Virus record (IMG/VR): IMGVR_UViG_3300030104_000504
Span: 1-51,912 of that record
Direction: 5' to 3' (one strand)
Length of the DNA stretch: 51,912 bases
From: a virus
Lineage: Duplodnaviria > Caudoviricetes
Under the pieces are notes generated by a model. The model was not told where the DNA came from. It made no database searches and saw only the letters and a program-made list of their open reading frames with translations. A program made the position numbers and the translations under genes. Shown piece after piece: positions 24,572 to 34,025 of this stretch; the stretch's first letter is position 1, and each line of letters starts with the position of its first letter.

Positions 24572-25401
24572 AAGACTTAGATTATTTGGTAGAGGATATT
24601 TACGCCTTCATTGAAAGAGAAGAGGAGATAGATCCTAATCTTGTAGAAGACTTCGCAAGTAACCTACAGGATGCGTTGCTTCAATGGTCACAACCTAGGA
24701 AACAACGTAAAGGATTACGCATAAGTAATATCGGTAGACCTGCTAGGCAGTTGTGGTACGAAGCTAGGCAAGAAGATACTGTTAAACTTAATGCGATAAC
24801 AAGAATAAAATTTCTTTATGGTCATCTACTAGAGGAGCTACTACTCTTACTAGTAAAAGCTTCAGGACATAAAGTAACTGATGAGCAGAAAGAAGTAGAG
24901 GTTGACGGTATCAAGGGGCATATGGACTGTAAAATAAATGGTGAAGTTATTGATATAAAAACTGCATCTAACTTTGCGTTCAAGAAGTTCTCTGAAGGGA
25001 CTCTAGCTCAGAACGATACCTTCGGATACATGGCACAGCTTGCAGGTTATGAAGCGGCTGAAGGTACATCTGATGGTGGCTTCTTAGCGATCAACAAAGA
25101 GTCAGGTGAACTTGCTTTATTTAGGCCTGGTAAATTATCAAAACCTAATCCAGTTAATAAAATAAATAACTTAAAACAAGCTTTAGATCTTGACACACCT
25201 CCAGAGAAATGTTATACTCCTATACCTGAAGGTAAAAAAGGTAATGAAATTTTACCTCCCTCCTGTGTATACTGCTCATTCAAAAACGAATGCTGGTCTG
25301 ATGCTAATAACGGTCATGGTCTAAGAGTGTTTAAGTACGCTCATGGCTTGAAGTATTTCACCAGAGTAGCATCACAACCCAAGGTATTAGAACTAACATG
25401 A
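24568..25401 (+). CDS. PD-(D/E)XK exonuclease, Cas4/RecB-like
   Basis: GHMD...DIKT, GYMAQLAGY, C-terminal C...CVYCSFKNEC. Confidence 0.8.
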   Translation: MKDLDYLVEDIYAFIEREEEIDPNLVEDFASNLQDALLQWSQPRKQRKGLRISNIGRPARQLWYEARQEDTVKLNAITRIKFLYGHLLEELLLLLVKASGHKVTDEQKEVEVDGIKGHMDCKINGEVIDIKTASNFAFKKFSEGTLAQNDTFGYMAQLAGYEAAEGTSDGGFLAINKESGELALFRPGKLSKPNPVNKINNLKQALDLDTPPEKCYTPIPEGKKGNEILPPSCVYCSFKNECWSDANNGHGLRVFKYAHGLKYFTRVASQPKVLELT

Positions 25402-25694
25402 ATACTAAGATAATGAAAAGAATAAACAGACACTCTGAAAATATTTTAATAGAATGGGTAAAGACTCAAGTACCTGAAGAAGAACAGGAAAAGGTTTCTA
25501 TTAAGAATATAAAACAGTTACTACCTAGTGCAAAACATTTCTACGCCTATGGTCAAATACGACTGAGCTTTTACACTCTTAAATGGGCAAGGAAATGTAT
25601 AAAGAAACTTTACAACCTAGGAAAAGATATAGAATCTATTACAGTCAAAGACCTAGAAGATTTTGTTAATAGCACAAGAGAGCGATACAATTAG
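25398..25694 (+). CDS. Hypothetical protein (98 aa)
   Basis: ATGA overlap in operon. Confidence 0.7.
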   Translation: MNTKIMKRINRHSENILIEWVKTQVPEEEQEKVSIKNIKQLLPSAKHFYAYGQIRLSFYTLKWARKCIKKLYNLGKDIESITVKDLEDFVNSTRERYN

Positions 25695-26211
25695 TACTAA
25701 GAAAAAAGCTGTTAGTGGTAAGCGAAAACCAAGAGTACCTAGACCTAAAAAGATTGTAGCCCCTAACAATCATAAGTATGACTCTATATGGGAAGCTGTG
25801 TTACATGAATCAATATTAAAAGATTGGCATCATCATGGAGACAAAATATCCTACGTAATAGAACACACTTACGAACCTGACTTTGTTAGGAAGATAGGAA
25901 GAAAGACTATATTGTTAGAATCTAAAGGTAGGTTCTGGGACTTTCAAGAATATAATAAATACATCTGGGTTAAAAAACACTTACCTAAAAACATGGAACT
26001 AGTATTTCTTTTTGCTAATCCTTCTGCTCCTATGCCTGGAGCTAAACGTAGAAAAGATGGTACTAAGAGATCCCATGCTGAGTGGGCAGGAACAAACGGA
26101 TTTAGATGGTTTAGTGAAGAATCAATACCTAATGCTTGGATTGATTCAGAATCTAAAGAATCTGAAGACTTTAAAAAACGTAATGATAAAATTAATTTGG
26201 AGATGCAATGA
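25663..26211 (+). CDS. Endonuclease I-like Holliday junction resolvase (T7 gp3-like)
   Basis: YDSIWE, HTYEPDF, LESKGRF, AEWA..NGF, IPNAW; start uncertain. Confidence 0.8.
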   Translation: MLIAQESDTISTKKKAVSGKRKPRVPRPKKIVAPNNHKYDSIWEAVLHESILKDWHHHGDKISYVIEHTYEPDFVRKIGRKTILLESKGRFWDFQEYNKYIWVKKHLPKNMELVFLFANPSAPMPGAKRRKDGTKRSHAEWAGTNGFRWFSEESIPNAWIDSESKESEDFKKRNDKINLEMQ

Positions 26212-26576
26212 GTATAGATGACGCAACACCTCAAGAGTGGAATGATATGAATGCTAGAAGACATGAAGATGCTGTTAAACAAGGCCCATCTACTCTTGGT
26301 AAAACTTATTCTAAACTTATTAATAGTGCTATGGTAGATAACATAAATAATCCAGAACACTATAATCAAGGCGCAGTAGAATGCATAGAAGCTATAGAAG
26401 CTATGCTTACTCCTGATGAATTTGTAGGTTACTTACGTGGTAATTCTTTAAAATACAGATGGAGAATGCGATACAAAGGATCTCCTATTGACGATCAACG
26501 TAAGGCAGCTTGGTATGAAACAAAACTTTTAGAATACTGGACGGAGAATGAGGATGACTTGGGACAGAAAAGCTGA
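26208..26576 (+). CDS. DUF3310 / T7 gp1.7-like nucleotide kinase family protein
   Basis: DNINNPEHY...ECIEAI...GYLRGNSLKYRWR..YKG...D..KA.WY. Confidence 0.8.
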   Translation: MSIDDATPQEWNDMNARRHEDAVKQGPSTLGKTYSKLINSAMVDNINNPEHYNQGAVECIEAIEAMLTPDEFVGYLRGNSLKYRWRMRYKGSPIDDQRKAAWYETKLLEYWTENEDDLGQKS

Positions 26577-26718
26577 AAGAACCAAAAAATTTAATAAGAG
26601 AAAAGATTCAAAAAATAAAGCTAAAACTAAAAATTATAGAAAGTCGCAATTAAGAGAAGAGGAAGGGTTAGATGATATTAAAAACTGGAACAGTGGATTA
26701 CTTGGGGATTCAGATTGA
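26554..26718 (+). CDS. Small basic protein (54 aa, not in track)
   Basis: GGAG upstream; MTWDRKAERTKKFNKRK...; fills the gap before nrdA. Confidence 0.55.
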   Translation: MTWDRKAERTKKFNKRKDSKNKAKTKNYRKSQLREEEGLDDIKNWNSGLLGDSD

Positions 26719-28552
26719 TTACAATAAAGAAGATAACCTAAACGAGTTCTCTAAAGAAACTTTAAAAGATAGATATTTATGGGAGGATGAAAGTCATGCT
26801 CAAGAAGCTTTTGCAAGGGCCTCTGTATTTAGTGCAACTTATAAAGGACATACTGATTTCGATCTTGCACAGCGATTATATAATTACTCAAGCGATAATT
26901 GGTTCATGTTTAGCACTCCTATCTTATCTAACGGAGGAACCAAGCGTGGTCTACCTATCTCTTGCTTTCTTAATTATGTTCCTGACTCAAGGCGTGGTCT
27001 TTCTGATCATTATGATGAGAACATATGGCTGGCAAGCACAGGTGGAGGTATCGGTGGCTATTGGGGGAGCGTTCGCAGTAATGGTGTATCTACTAGTAAC
27101 GGCTCTGAGTCTACTGGCAGCATACCATTCATGCATGTCGTAGACAGTCAGATGTTAGCCTTTAATCAAGGAGTCACAAGGAGGGGTTCTTATGCAGCAT
27201 ATATGGATATATCTCACCCAGAAATTGAAGAGTTCATCAACATGCGTAAAACAACTGGCGGTGATCTTAACCGTAAGTGCCTTAATCTGCATAATGGCGT
27301 ATCCATTAATGACAAATTCTTGTCTGCTGTTCGTGATGATGACGATTGGAGACTCGTTGATCCTAAGTCCAATCTTGCAACCAGGATTGTTTCCGCACGA
27401 GATCTGTGGTTCCAACTAATACACACCAGAGCAGAGACAGGTGAACCGTATATAGTAAATCTAGATAGATGTAATGAGGAAATGCCCCAACAACAAAAAG
27501 ATATGGGGTTAAAAATATGTCAAAGTAATTTATGTTCTGAAATTACGTTACCTACAGATGAAGAACGAACAGCCGTTTGTTGTTTGTCTAGTGTTAACTT
27601 AGAATATTTTGATGAGTGGAGAAATGACTATAGTTTTATTCCTGATCTAGTTACTATGCTTGATAATATATTACAACATTTTATAGACAACGCTGTAGAA
27701 CAAGAGCCAGAAACAGCAGCGTTAACTTTACAGGAGTTTATGCCTCATGTTAAACCAGATAAAACAGGCTTTGCGAAAGCCGCTTATAGTGCATATAGAG
27801 AAAGGGCAATCGGCCTTGGTGCAATGGGCTTTCATTCTTACCTACAGCGTTCTAGATTACCCTTTGAGGGAATGTACGCCAGTAGTTTCAATAACAGATC
27901 ATTCAAACACATCAAAGAACAAGCTGAAAAGGCTTCTAGGTACTTGGCTGAAGAACGTGGAGAATCTCCTGACATGGCTGGTAGTGGTCTTAGGCATTCA
28001 TGTCTTCTTGCTATTGCTCCTAACGCCAGCAGCAGTATTATATGCGCTGGAACTTCTCCTTCGATTGAGCCTTCAAGGGCCAATGTATATACGCACAAAA
28101 CTCTCACAGGATCTTACAAGGTTAAAAACAAATATCTTGAAGAAATTCTGGAGGAAAAAGGAATAAATAATGAAAAAACTTGGAAGGATATTGCTGCTAA
28201 CGAGGGATCTATTCAGCATCTTAAAGAGTTATCTGAAGAAGAAAAAGAAATATTTAAGACTGCTCCAGAAATAAATCAGATATGGGTGATAGAACATGCC
28301 TACCAACGACAACAATACATCTGTCAAAGTCAAAGTGTCAATCTTTTCTTTAGTCCTCCAAAGGCTTCGGAAGCGCAGGAAGTCCATGATCTTTATCTTG
28401 ATTATGTTAATAGCGTACATTGGGCTGGAGCTACTAAGCTCAAGTCTTTATATTACTTGAGGTCAGATGCTGCTAGATCTACAGAGAATGTTAATTTAAA
28501 AATACCTAGAATAAACTTAGAAGATGTGGAGTGTCTTAGTTGTGAGGGATAA
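26672..28552 (+). CDS. nrdA: Ribonucleotide reductase class I alpha subunit (no ATP cone)
   Basis: FSTPILSNGG, PISCF, GGGIG, QSNLCSEI, AIAPNASSS, QSQSVN, KSLYYLR, C-terminal CLSCEG. Confidence 0.96.
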   Translation: MILKTGTVDYLGIQIDYNKEDNLNEFSKETLKDRYLWEDESHAQEAFARASVFSATYKGHTDFDLAQRLYNYSSDNWFMFSTPILSNGGTKRGLPISCFLNYVPDSRRGLSDHYDENIWLASTGGGIGGYWGSVRSNGVSTSNGSESTGSIPFMHVVDSQMLAFNQGVTRRGSYAAYMDISHPEIEEFINMRKTTGGDLNRKCLNLHNGVSINDKFLSAVRDDDDWRLVDPKSNLATRIVSARDLWFQLIHTRAETGEPYIVNLDRCNEEMPQQQKDMGLKICQSNLCSEITLPTDEERTAVCCLSSVNLEYFDEWRNDYSFIPDLVTMLDNILQHFIDNAVEQEPETAALTLQEFMPHVKPDKTGFAKAAYSAYRERAIGLGAMGFHSYLQRSRLPFEGMYASSFNNRSFKHIKEQAEKASRYLAEERGESPDMAGSGLRHSCLLAIAPNASSSIICAGTSPSIEPSRANVYTHKTLTGSYKVKNKYLEEILEEKGINNEKTWKDIAANEGSIQHLKELSEEEKEIFKTAPEINQIWVIEHAYQRQQYICQSQSVNLFFSPPKASEAQEVHDLYLDYVNSVHWAGATKLKSLYYLRSDAARSTENVNLKIPRINLEDVECLSCEG

Positions 28553-28742
28553 CATATTTGATTTAATAAAACGGATTAAAGACATGCTAGACTATTATAA
28601 ACTAGCTGATGATGAACGAAGGCTAGAGTTAAGAATATATAAAGTTAGATGGATTTGGTATCATACAATATTAGCTATAGGCTTAGGCATAGTAATATAT
28701 TTACTATGGGAAATAAATAATAAACTAGGGGGAATGCTATGA
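28524..28742 (+). CDS. Small membrane protein (start possibly 28584)
   Basis: One hydrophobic segment ILAIGLGIVIYLLW. Confidence 0.55.
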   Translation: MWSVLVVRDNIFDLIKRIKDMLDYYKLADDERRLELRIYKVRWIWYHTILAIGLGIVIYLLWEINNKLGGML

Positions 28743-28876
28743 GTGTTAAGGATGCAAAGTATTATATAAGTGAAACAAAAGAGTTTGTTACATACGAAGA
28801 ATTATTAAACGGACAATGGTTTTGGAAAGATAGTTACTTTGCTATGAGAGAATCAATGGTAGAGGAAGGTGAATAG
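28739..28876 (+). CDS. Hypothetical protein (45 aa, not in track)
   Basis: ATGA overlap; MSVKDAKYYISETKEF... Confidence 0.5.
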   Translation: MSVKDAKYYISETKEFVTYEELLNGQWFWKDSYFAMRESMVEEGE

Positions 28877-29024
28877 TACCTTTCATAGTTTTTGTGTTAG
28901 AATGTGGTTAGACTCTTGTGATGAAAATAATACTGTTATATCTGATCGTATATCTTTCCCTGTCTACTGTGAAAAATACAATGATTGGTTACAAGAAAAA
29001 TACAAGGAATATTTAAATGAATAA
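28869..29024 (+). CDS. Hypothetical protein (51 aa, not in track)
   Basis: GAGG RBS, GTG start; TFHSFCVRMWLDSCDEN... Confidence 0.55.
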   Translation: MNSTFHSFCVRMWLDSCDENNTVISDRISFPVYCEKYNDWLQEKYKEYLNE

Positions 29025-29223
29025 AATAAAAGAAGCTCTTGAATTAAAATATAAATACGAGATTAAAAAATATAAAGTAGATATTAATAATTACTTTACA
29101 TCTTCAGTAGGCGTAGCAGATCATCCATCTATAGTAGATACGGTTGATGGTCTTATAGAACAACTAGCAGCAGCAGAAGAAAAACTCGCAACATTGGAGA
29201 TTCTAAATGAGCCTAATGAGTAA
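29017..29223 (+). CDS. Helical hairpin hypothetical protein (68 aa)
   Basis: AAGGA RBS; VGVADHPSIVD motif. Confidence 0.7.
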   Translation: MNKIKEALELKYKYEIKKYKVDINNYFTSSVGVADHPSIVDTVDGLIEQLAAAEEKLATLEILNEPNE

Positions 29224-30169
29224 TAGAGATTACTATAAACCTTTTGATCACCCCTGGATGTTTGACTACTATGTGCAACAGAATCAAATGCACTGGTTTC
29301 CAGAAGACGTACCATTACATAATGACGTTAAGGATTGGCAAGATTTAGAAGAGCATGAGAAAAACTTACTGACTCAAATCTTTAGGCTGTTCACTCAGTC
29401 AGACGTAGATGTTAGTACAGGTTATGTTGATAGATACATGCGTATCTTTAAAAAGCCAGAAGCTCGTATGATGATGGGCGCATTCAACAACATGGAATCT
29501 ATCCACCAACACGCTTACAGTTTGCTGCTAGATACAGTAGGTATGCCTGAAATAGAATATAAAGCATTCTCAGAGTACGAAGCTATGGCAGATAAGCATG
29601 AGTATGTAGATTCTGTAAAGGTTACAAGAGGAGATAAAAAATCTATAGCTAAAGCACTTGCAGTTTACTCAGCATTTACAGAAGGGTTACAGCTTTTTAG
29701 TAGCTTTATAATACTACTAAACTTCCCACGCTTCGGGCGCATGAAAGGAATGGGCCAGATTATTACCTATAGTATACGAGATGAATCTCTTCACGTAGAA
29801 GCCATGACTAAATTATTTAGAGAGTTTGTACATGAAAATTTAGATATATGGAATGATGATTTTAAGAAAGAAATATATCAGGCATGTAGAGACATGGTAG
29901 ATCTTGAAGATAGATTCTTAGACTTAGTGTTTGAGATGGGTAACATAGAAGGTCTGTCAAAGAAAGAAATGCAAGACTACATAAGGTACATAGCAGATAG
30001 AAGATTATTGCAGCTAGGATTAAAACCTAACTACGAAGTTAAAGACAATCCTCTTAACTGGCTTGATGACGTATTAGGAGTAGAGCATCAAAACTTTTTT
30101 GAAGGTAGAGCTACTACGTACATGAAGGCTGGGCTACGAGGTAATATAGATAAGGTGCAGTTCGTATGA
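29207..30169 (+). CDS. nrdB: Ribonucleotide reductase class I beta subunit
   Basis: HWFPED, FTQSD, ESIHQHAY (radical Tyr), EGLQLFSSF, RDESLH, NFFE...Y. Confidence 0.96.
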   Translation: MSLMSNRDYYKPFDHPWMFDYYVQQNQMHWFPEDVPLHNDVKDWQDLEEHEKNLLTQIFRLFTQSDVDVSTGYVDRYMRIFKKPEARMMMGAFNNMESIHQHAYSLLLDTVGMPEIEYKAFSEYEAMADKHEYVDSVKVTRGDKKSIAKALAVYSAFTEGLQLFSSFIILLNFPRFGRMKGMGQIITYSIRDESLHVEAMTKLFREFVHENLDIWNDDFKKEIYQACRDMVDLEDRFLDLVFEMGNIEGLSKKEMQDYIRYIADRRLLQLGLKPNYEVKDNPLNWLDDVLGVEHQNFFEGRATTYMKAGLRGNIDKVQFV

Positions 30170-30375
30170 AAGAAGGAAATATAATATCATTTAAAGTATT
30201 TATAGATCGTAAAGGTAACTTAATGACAGAGTACAGTAAGATACCAGCAGAAAAAGTAACAGAAATATTCGAGTATCCTGATAGTTGTTACGTAGAAAAA
30301 ATTCTAAAAGAATTAGAACCTAAACTATTTAACCTTCATAAAACTTTAGAACAAGAGTTAACAGCTTTAAAATGA
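30166..30375 (+). CDS. Hypothetical protein (69 aa)
   Basis: ATGA overlap with nrdB. Confidence 0.7.
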   Translation: MKEGNIISFKVFIDRKGNLMTEYSKIPAEKVTEIFEYPDSCYVEKILKELEPKLFNLHKTLEQELTALK

Positions 30376-30542
30376 TAAACGATATTTTTAATTTTTGTGT
30401 TTATGTTTTACAAGTTATAGGACAAGTAACAGGTTGGGGATATGAACTTGCAAATATTATAATTTTTGTAGTTGTTCAACCTTTTTTAATATTATTATTT
30501 TTTACTTTATGGATTAAAAGTTATAATGAAAAAAGATATTAA
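30372..30542 (+). CDS. Small membrane protein (56 aa, not in track)
   Basis: ATGA overlap; MINDIFNFCVYVLQVIG...YELANIIIFVVVQPFLILLFF. Confidence 0.6.
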   Translation: MINDIFNFCVYVLQVIGQVTGWGYELANIIIFVVVQPFLILLFFTLWIKSYNEKRY

Positions 30543-31005
30543 ATATAATTTAGCCATGCTCTTCGTATTATTTTCGCTGCTTTTTACAACTTGTACAACT
30601 GCTGAAGCTTTTGATCAAGAAGAAGAAGCTCATTGTCTAGCTAAAAATATTTACTTTGAGGCAGGTAACCAACCACTAGCAGGACGTATTGCTGTCGGCC
30701 AGGTCACTATAAACAGAAGAGATCATGGTATGTTTCCACATACTATATGCGAGGTAGTTTATCAGGGAGGGGAGACTAGAAATAGATGTCAGTTTAGCTG
30801 GTACTGTGACGGAAAGCACGACATACCTACTGACTCTGAAACGTGGTTGGATAGTATAGTGTTAGCTTTTAGATTACTTAACTTTGATGACATGGATATT
30901 ACTGAGGGATCTTTGTGGTATCATGCTAACTACATTGAAGACCCTTATTGGGCTAGTGAACTTACTCCAACAGTAGTAATAAACAATCACATATTTTATA
31001 AGTAA
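30526..31005 (+). CDS. Cell wall hydrolase, SleB/Hydrolase_2 family
   Basis: Signal-like N-terminus; CLAKNIYFEA, V.INR, CEVVYQ, CQFSW, HIFY. Confidence 0.9.
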   Translation: MKKDIKYNLAMLFVLFSLLFTTCTTAEAFDQEEEAHCLAKNIYFEAGNQPLAGRIAVGQVTINRRDHGMFPHTICEVVYQGGETRNRCQFSWYCDGKHDIPTDSETWLDSIVLAFRLLNFDDMDITEGSLWYHANYIEDPYWASELTPTVVINNHIFYK

Positions 31006-31006
31006 G

Positions 31007-31210
31007 TTAAGCTGTTAAGTTTATTGTAGAGTTTTGCGATGTGTAATTTTTTAAATGTACTCTACCATCTGCAAACTCGTAGTACACAGTTCTAAAAACA
31101 GTTTGAAGTCTGTGTTCTTCTCCGTGTTTACGATCATACCTTACAACTTCTGTGCTATTATGTTTAGCCCATGTACCGACAGGTACAGGTGAAGATGTAG
31201 GCTCAATCAT
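31007..31210 (-). CDS. Hypothetical protein (67 aa), last gene of late arm
   Basis: ATGA-type overlap with upstream gene. Confidence 0.6.
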   Translation of the reverse strand: MIEPTSSPVPVGTWAKHNSTEVVRYDRKHGEEHRLQTVFRTVYYEFADGRVHLKNYTSQNSTINLTA

Positions 31211-31431
31211 TTAACTGATTGTAAATGCATTTTAGATTTACACATTATCTTTTGACTTGTTTCTAAAACAACTTCTGAATGTTTATTAAGAAGTTCAAGC
31301 ATTTCTTTAGACAACTCTAAGTCTTTTGATCCTCCTATAGCTTCTGCTATATAAGAAACAACATCTGCATTTGTTTTTAGTACGCTAGTCTCTGGAAGTT
31401 CTGTGAGACTAAAAAAATCTTCCATAGCCAT
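31207..31431 (-). CDS. Hypothetical protein (74 aa)
   Basis: In-operon ORF. Confidence 0.65.
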   Translation of the reverse strand: MAMEDFFSLTELPETSVLKTNADVVSYIAEAIGGSKDLELSKEMLELLNKHSEVVLETSQKIMCKSKMHLQSVK

Positions 31432-31432
31432 A

Positions 31433-31747
31433 TTACCACTTTACCTTATCAGCCCAATAAGCTGCACTCATTTTACCTCGTTTAATGTTCTTAGCGTGTC
31501 TTGCTTTGAAACTTTTACGCTTGGCTTTCATACGAGCAGACTCTCCTGCTTTAGGTTTACCTGCTGTCTTAGCTCCCTTCTGACCAAAACGAATTGTTTT
31601 AATCTTGTCACCTTCTTTAGCCACTACGATATGAGACTTCTTAGGATGGTTAGGAGTACGCTTAGGTTTGTTAAACCCTGACACTCCTGCTCTAGCTAGT
31701 CTAGGATCTCGTTTAGACTTGCCTCCTTTTTTATAATCTTCTCTCAT
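31433..31747 (-). CDS. Lys/Arg-rich phage protein
   Basis: IRFGQKG...RKSFKARH...SAAYWADKVKW. Confidence 0.75.
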   Translation of the reverse strand: MREDYKKGGKSKRDPRLARAGVSGFNKPKRTPNHPKKSHIVVAKEGDKIKTIRFGQKGAKTAGKPKAGESARMKAKRKSFKARHAKNIKRGKMSAAYWADKVKW

Positions 31748-31989
31748 ACTTTTCTGTGCCTCCTAGTTTTCTTTGCAATCTTTTTAGGCTGTTTACTATG
31801 CTGCTTACCTTTAGCAGTATCTTCCCTTTTCTTCTTTGTAGTAGCTGCGTACTCTTTAGAAGATAAAGACTTTATTGCCTTTTCAGGAAGATACCTCTCT
31901 CCAGTTTCGCTAGATTTTTTACCAGACTTGGTACGCCACTTCTGTTTTGTCCAAGCTTTTAAAGATTTTTGAGACTTCTTTAAGCCCAT
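31744..31989 (-). CDS. Basic protein, DUF5872-like C-terminal half
   Basis: QKSLKAWTKQKWRTKSG...ERYLPEKA. Confidence 0.7.
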   Translation of the reverse strand: MGLKKSQKSLKAWTKQKWRTKSGKKSSETGERYLPEKAIKSLSSKEYAATTKKKREDTAKGKQHSKQPKKIAKKTRRHRKV

Positions 31990-32183
31990 TACTTATATCC
32001 TCCACCTTTAGCTTTGTATTGCTTTGCAAGCATTTGAGCTTTACGAGCAGACCATTGACCTGGCTTACCTCCTTTAGAACCCGCTTTAATTTTATTAAAC
32101 AAATTCTTTCTCATGGTAGGTTTAGTATAATTTCCTGCTTTGTTTACAGTAGATTTTTTCTTGGGCTTTTTCTTTGCTGGCAT
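31989..32183 (-). CDS. Basic protein, DUF5872-like N-terminal half
   Basis: NYTKPTMR...GGKPGQWSARKAQMLAKQYKAKGGGY. Confidence 0.7.
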   Translation of the reverse strand: MPAKKKPKKKSTVNKAGNYTKPTMRKNLFNKIKAGSKGGKPGQWSARKAQMLAKQYKAKGGGYK

Positions 32184-32187
32184 TTTA

Positions 32188-32373
32188 TTATCCTATCATT
32201 TCTCGCTTAGGTACTTCTGCTATTGGATTTACCCCTGAAGGAACACAATAGCTTTCTATCCTTTTTGTTTGTTGAAGTAGAGAAGCAGTATTAAAACACT
32301 CCTCTCTATCATTAAATACTTGAATTGATTGCGGAACAGAATTTAAAATAATTACAAGTATAAATTTCATCAT
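32188..32373 (-). CDS. Small secreted-type protein with two Cys
   Basis: Hydrophobic N-terminus, F..REEC...SYCVP. Confidence 0.6.
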   Translation of the reverse strand: MMKFILVIILNSVPQSIQVFNDREECFNTASLLQQTKRIESYCVPSGVNPIAEVPKREMIG

Positions 32374-32409
32374 AGTTTGTAGATCTTATTACCTCCATTT
32401 AGTTAAGTG

Positions 32410-32625
32410 TTAATCCCAAAACTGTGTAGTTTTAGGTACGTTTACAGGCACACAATATGCTGAGATATTATGCTGCCTATCTCTTCTATCGTATTGGCTT
32501 ACATTGCCATGTTCTACTGCATGAGCAAATGTATTACAACGATAAATATTTCTAAAATACCATCCGTCATTTTCTAATGTGTTACCATTAATGATAACAA
32601 CTAACATAAAAGCCATTATAGTCAT
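32410..32625 (-). CDS. Small secreted-type protein with two Cys
   Basis: AFMLVVII...YF..IYRC...AYCVP; same pattern as 32188..32373. Confidence 0.65.
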   Translation of the reverse strand: MTIMAFMLVVIINGNTLENDGWYFRNIYRCNTFAHAVEHGNVSQYDRRDRQHNISAYCVPVNVPKTTQFWD

Positions 32626-33092
32626 TTAAATATTGCAATAACTAATGCAATTATTATGCCAGCAACTATTAAACCTATACCGCTTACTGAAGTCCAAACA
32701 AAAAGATCGTGTAATAATTGTTTTCTTTGTTTACGTTTTTCTATGACAGCTTTAACTGAAGCTTCATGTTGAGCTTTAGACTCTGCCATTACTTGAAAGT
32801 AATCATCTACAAATTTTTGATGATCTCTAGAAAGAACTGCCATGTTTCTTAGCTCTTCGTGAAATCTTTCCATTTGTCTTTTAGCCATAGCTAATTTCAT
32901 AGCCTCCTGTGGTGTTAAAGGTTGTACTAAAGACTCACGTTTTTCTATTTCTAATTTTTGCATACCTGAATTGATGGCTTGCATTCTATCTAATACAGAA
33001 CCTATATGCCCACCAGATTCTTTGACTTGACCAATCAATCCATTCACAGCACTTAATGCTGCTGTTACCGCTGCAATGGATTCAAATATCAT
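32622..33092 (-). CDS. Coiled-coil membrane-anchored protein
   Basis: Hydrophobic N-terminus, coiled coil, C-terminal TM; in lysis region. Confidence 0.65.
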   Translation of the reverse strand: MIFESIAAVTAALSAVNGLIGQVKESGGHIGSVLDRMQAINSGMQKLEIEKRESLVQPLTPQEAMKLAMAKRQMERFHEELRNMAVLSRDHQKFVDDYFQVMAESKAQHEASVKAVIEKRKQRKQLLHDLFVWTSVSGIGLIVAGIIIALVIAIFK

Positions 33093-33463
33093 TTCTTTTT
33101 ATTCATTATGCCTATGACAGATCTAACTCCAAATGATGCTGCTACTATTACACTCAAAGCATAGTGATACCACTCAGGCATATTTTGTAATACTCTAAAA
33201 CCCTCTTCGACATACGGAACTGTGGCAGGTATAAAAGCTAATACTAATGGTATGCTGAATAATATTGTTAACCACTCATCCTTCCAAGACTGTTGGGACG
33301 ATCTAGCCATAGCTGTTTCCCAATCTGCTACTGACTCAGCTTGTTTAACCATGACTGCTGCTTCAGCTTCTGCCTTAGCTTTAGTCTTAGCAACCTTACC
33401 TTCTAGCCAAGTCTGTCCTAAGCCAGCTACAGATTTAACAATAGCTCCTACTCCTAGTGCCAT
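33089..33463 (-). CDS. Holin (3TM-type)
   Basis: SWKDEW, two hydrophobic helices, PEWY...ASFGVR, basic tail; next to endolysin. Confidence 0.7.
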   Translation of the reverse strand: MALGVGAIVKSVAGLGQTWLEGKVAKTKAKAEAEAAVMVKQAESVADWETAMARSSQQSWKDEWLTILFSIPLVLAFIPATVPYVEEGFRVLQNMPEWYHYALSVIVAASFGVRSVIGIMNKKK

Positions 33464-33654
33464 GTCTGTTTCTCTGTTTTTAATTTAGGAGTATTTTTTA
33501 TCTCTCCTTCTAAAAGGCTTGCAATAACTTCTTGCTGCTCTTCAAACAACAATCTAAATTCTTCTAGCTGTAGTATATCTAAACCTACTTTAGTTTGATG
33601 CTTTAAGTAAATTGAATACAACATAATTAATAACGATTCAGCATATAATACCAT
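33454..33654 (-). CDS. Hypothetical protein (start likely 33654; track gives 33666)
   Basis: TAATG coupling to endolysin stop. Confidence 0.55.
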   Translation of the reverse strand: MVLYAESLLIMLYSIYLKHQTKVGLDILQLEEFRLLFEEQQEVIASLLEGEIKNTPKLKTEKQTWH

Positions 33655-34025
33655 TAGTAGCTCCATACCGTAGGTCTAGGTCTTTCATCAGAATTTTCAA
33701 TATCATCTAAATGTATGAACCTTGTTGAAGAACCTTTTTGATTTACACCTATACCTGTAAAACCTAGCTCTATGGCTCCCTGTATTAGCTTGTAAGCGTT
33801 TTTTCCACGTACACCTATATCTACAGCTCTTCCTGTAGAATGGGAGCCAGGAGACTTCTTACGAGCTTCTATGGGGTGTTCAGGACATCTATAGGCACTA
33901 GTTATTTTAAAAGGAAAACCCATGTCTTCTCTAAGTTGATCAAGCTTTTGCATAAACTCATCAGACATCGAATACTCTTCACAGTGTTTACAGGTTAGTT
34001 CTTCTTTTGTAAAATATTTATACAT
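33654..34025 (-). CDS. Endolysin, peptidase M15A family
   Basis: YFT.EELTCKHC, ITSAYRC, SH..GRAVD, FIHLD. Confidence 0.9.
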   Translation of the reverse strand: MYKYFTKEELTCKHCEEYSMSDEFMQKLDQLREDMGFPFKITSAYRCPEHPIEARKKSPGSHSTGRAVDIGVRGKNAYKLIQGAIELGFTGIGVNQKGSSTRFIHLDDIENSDERPRPTVWSY

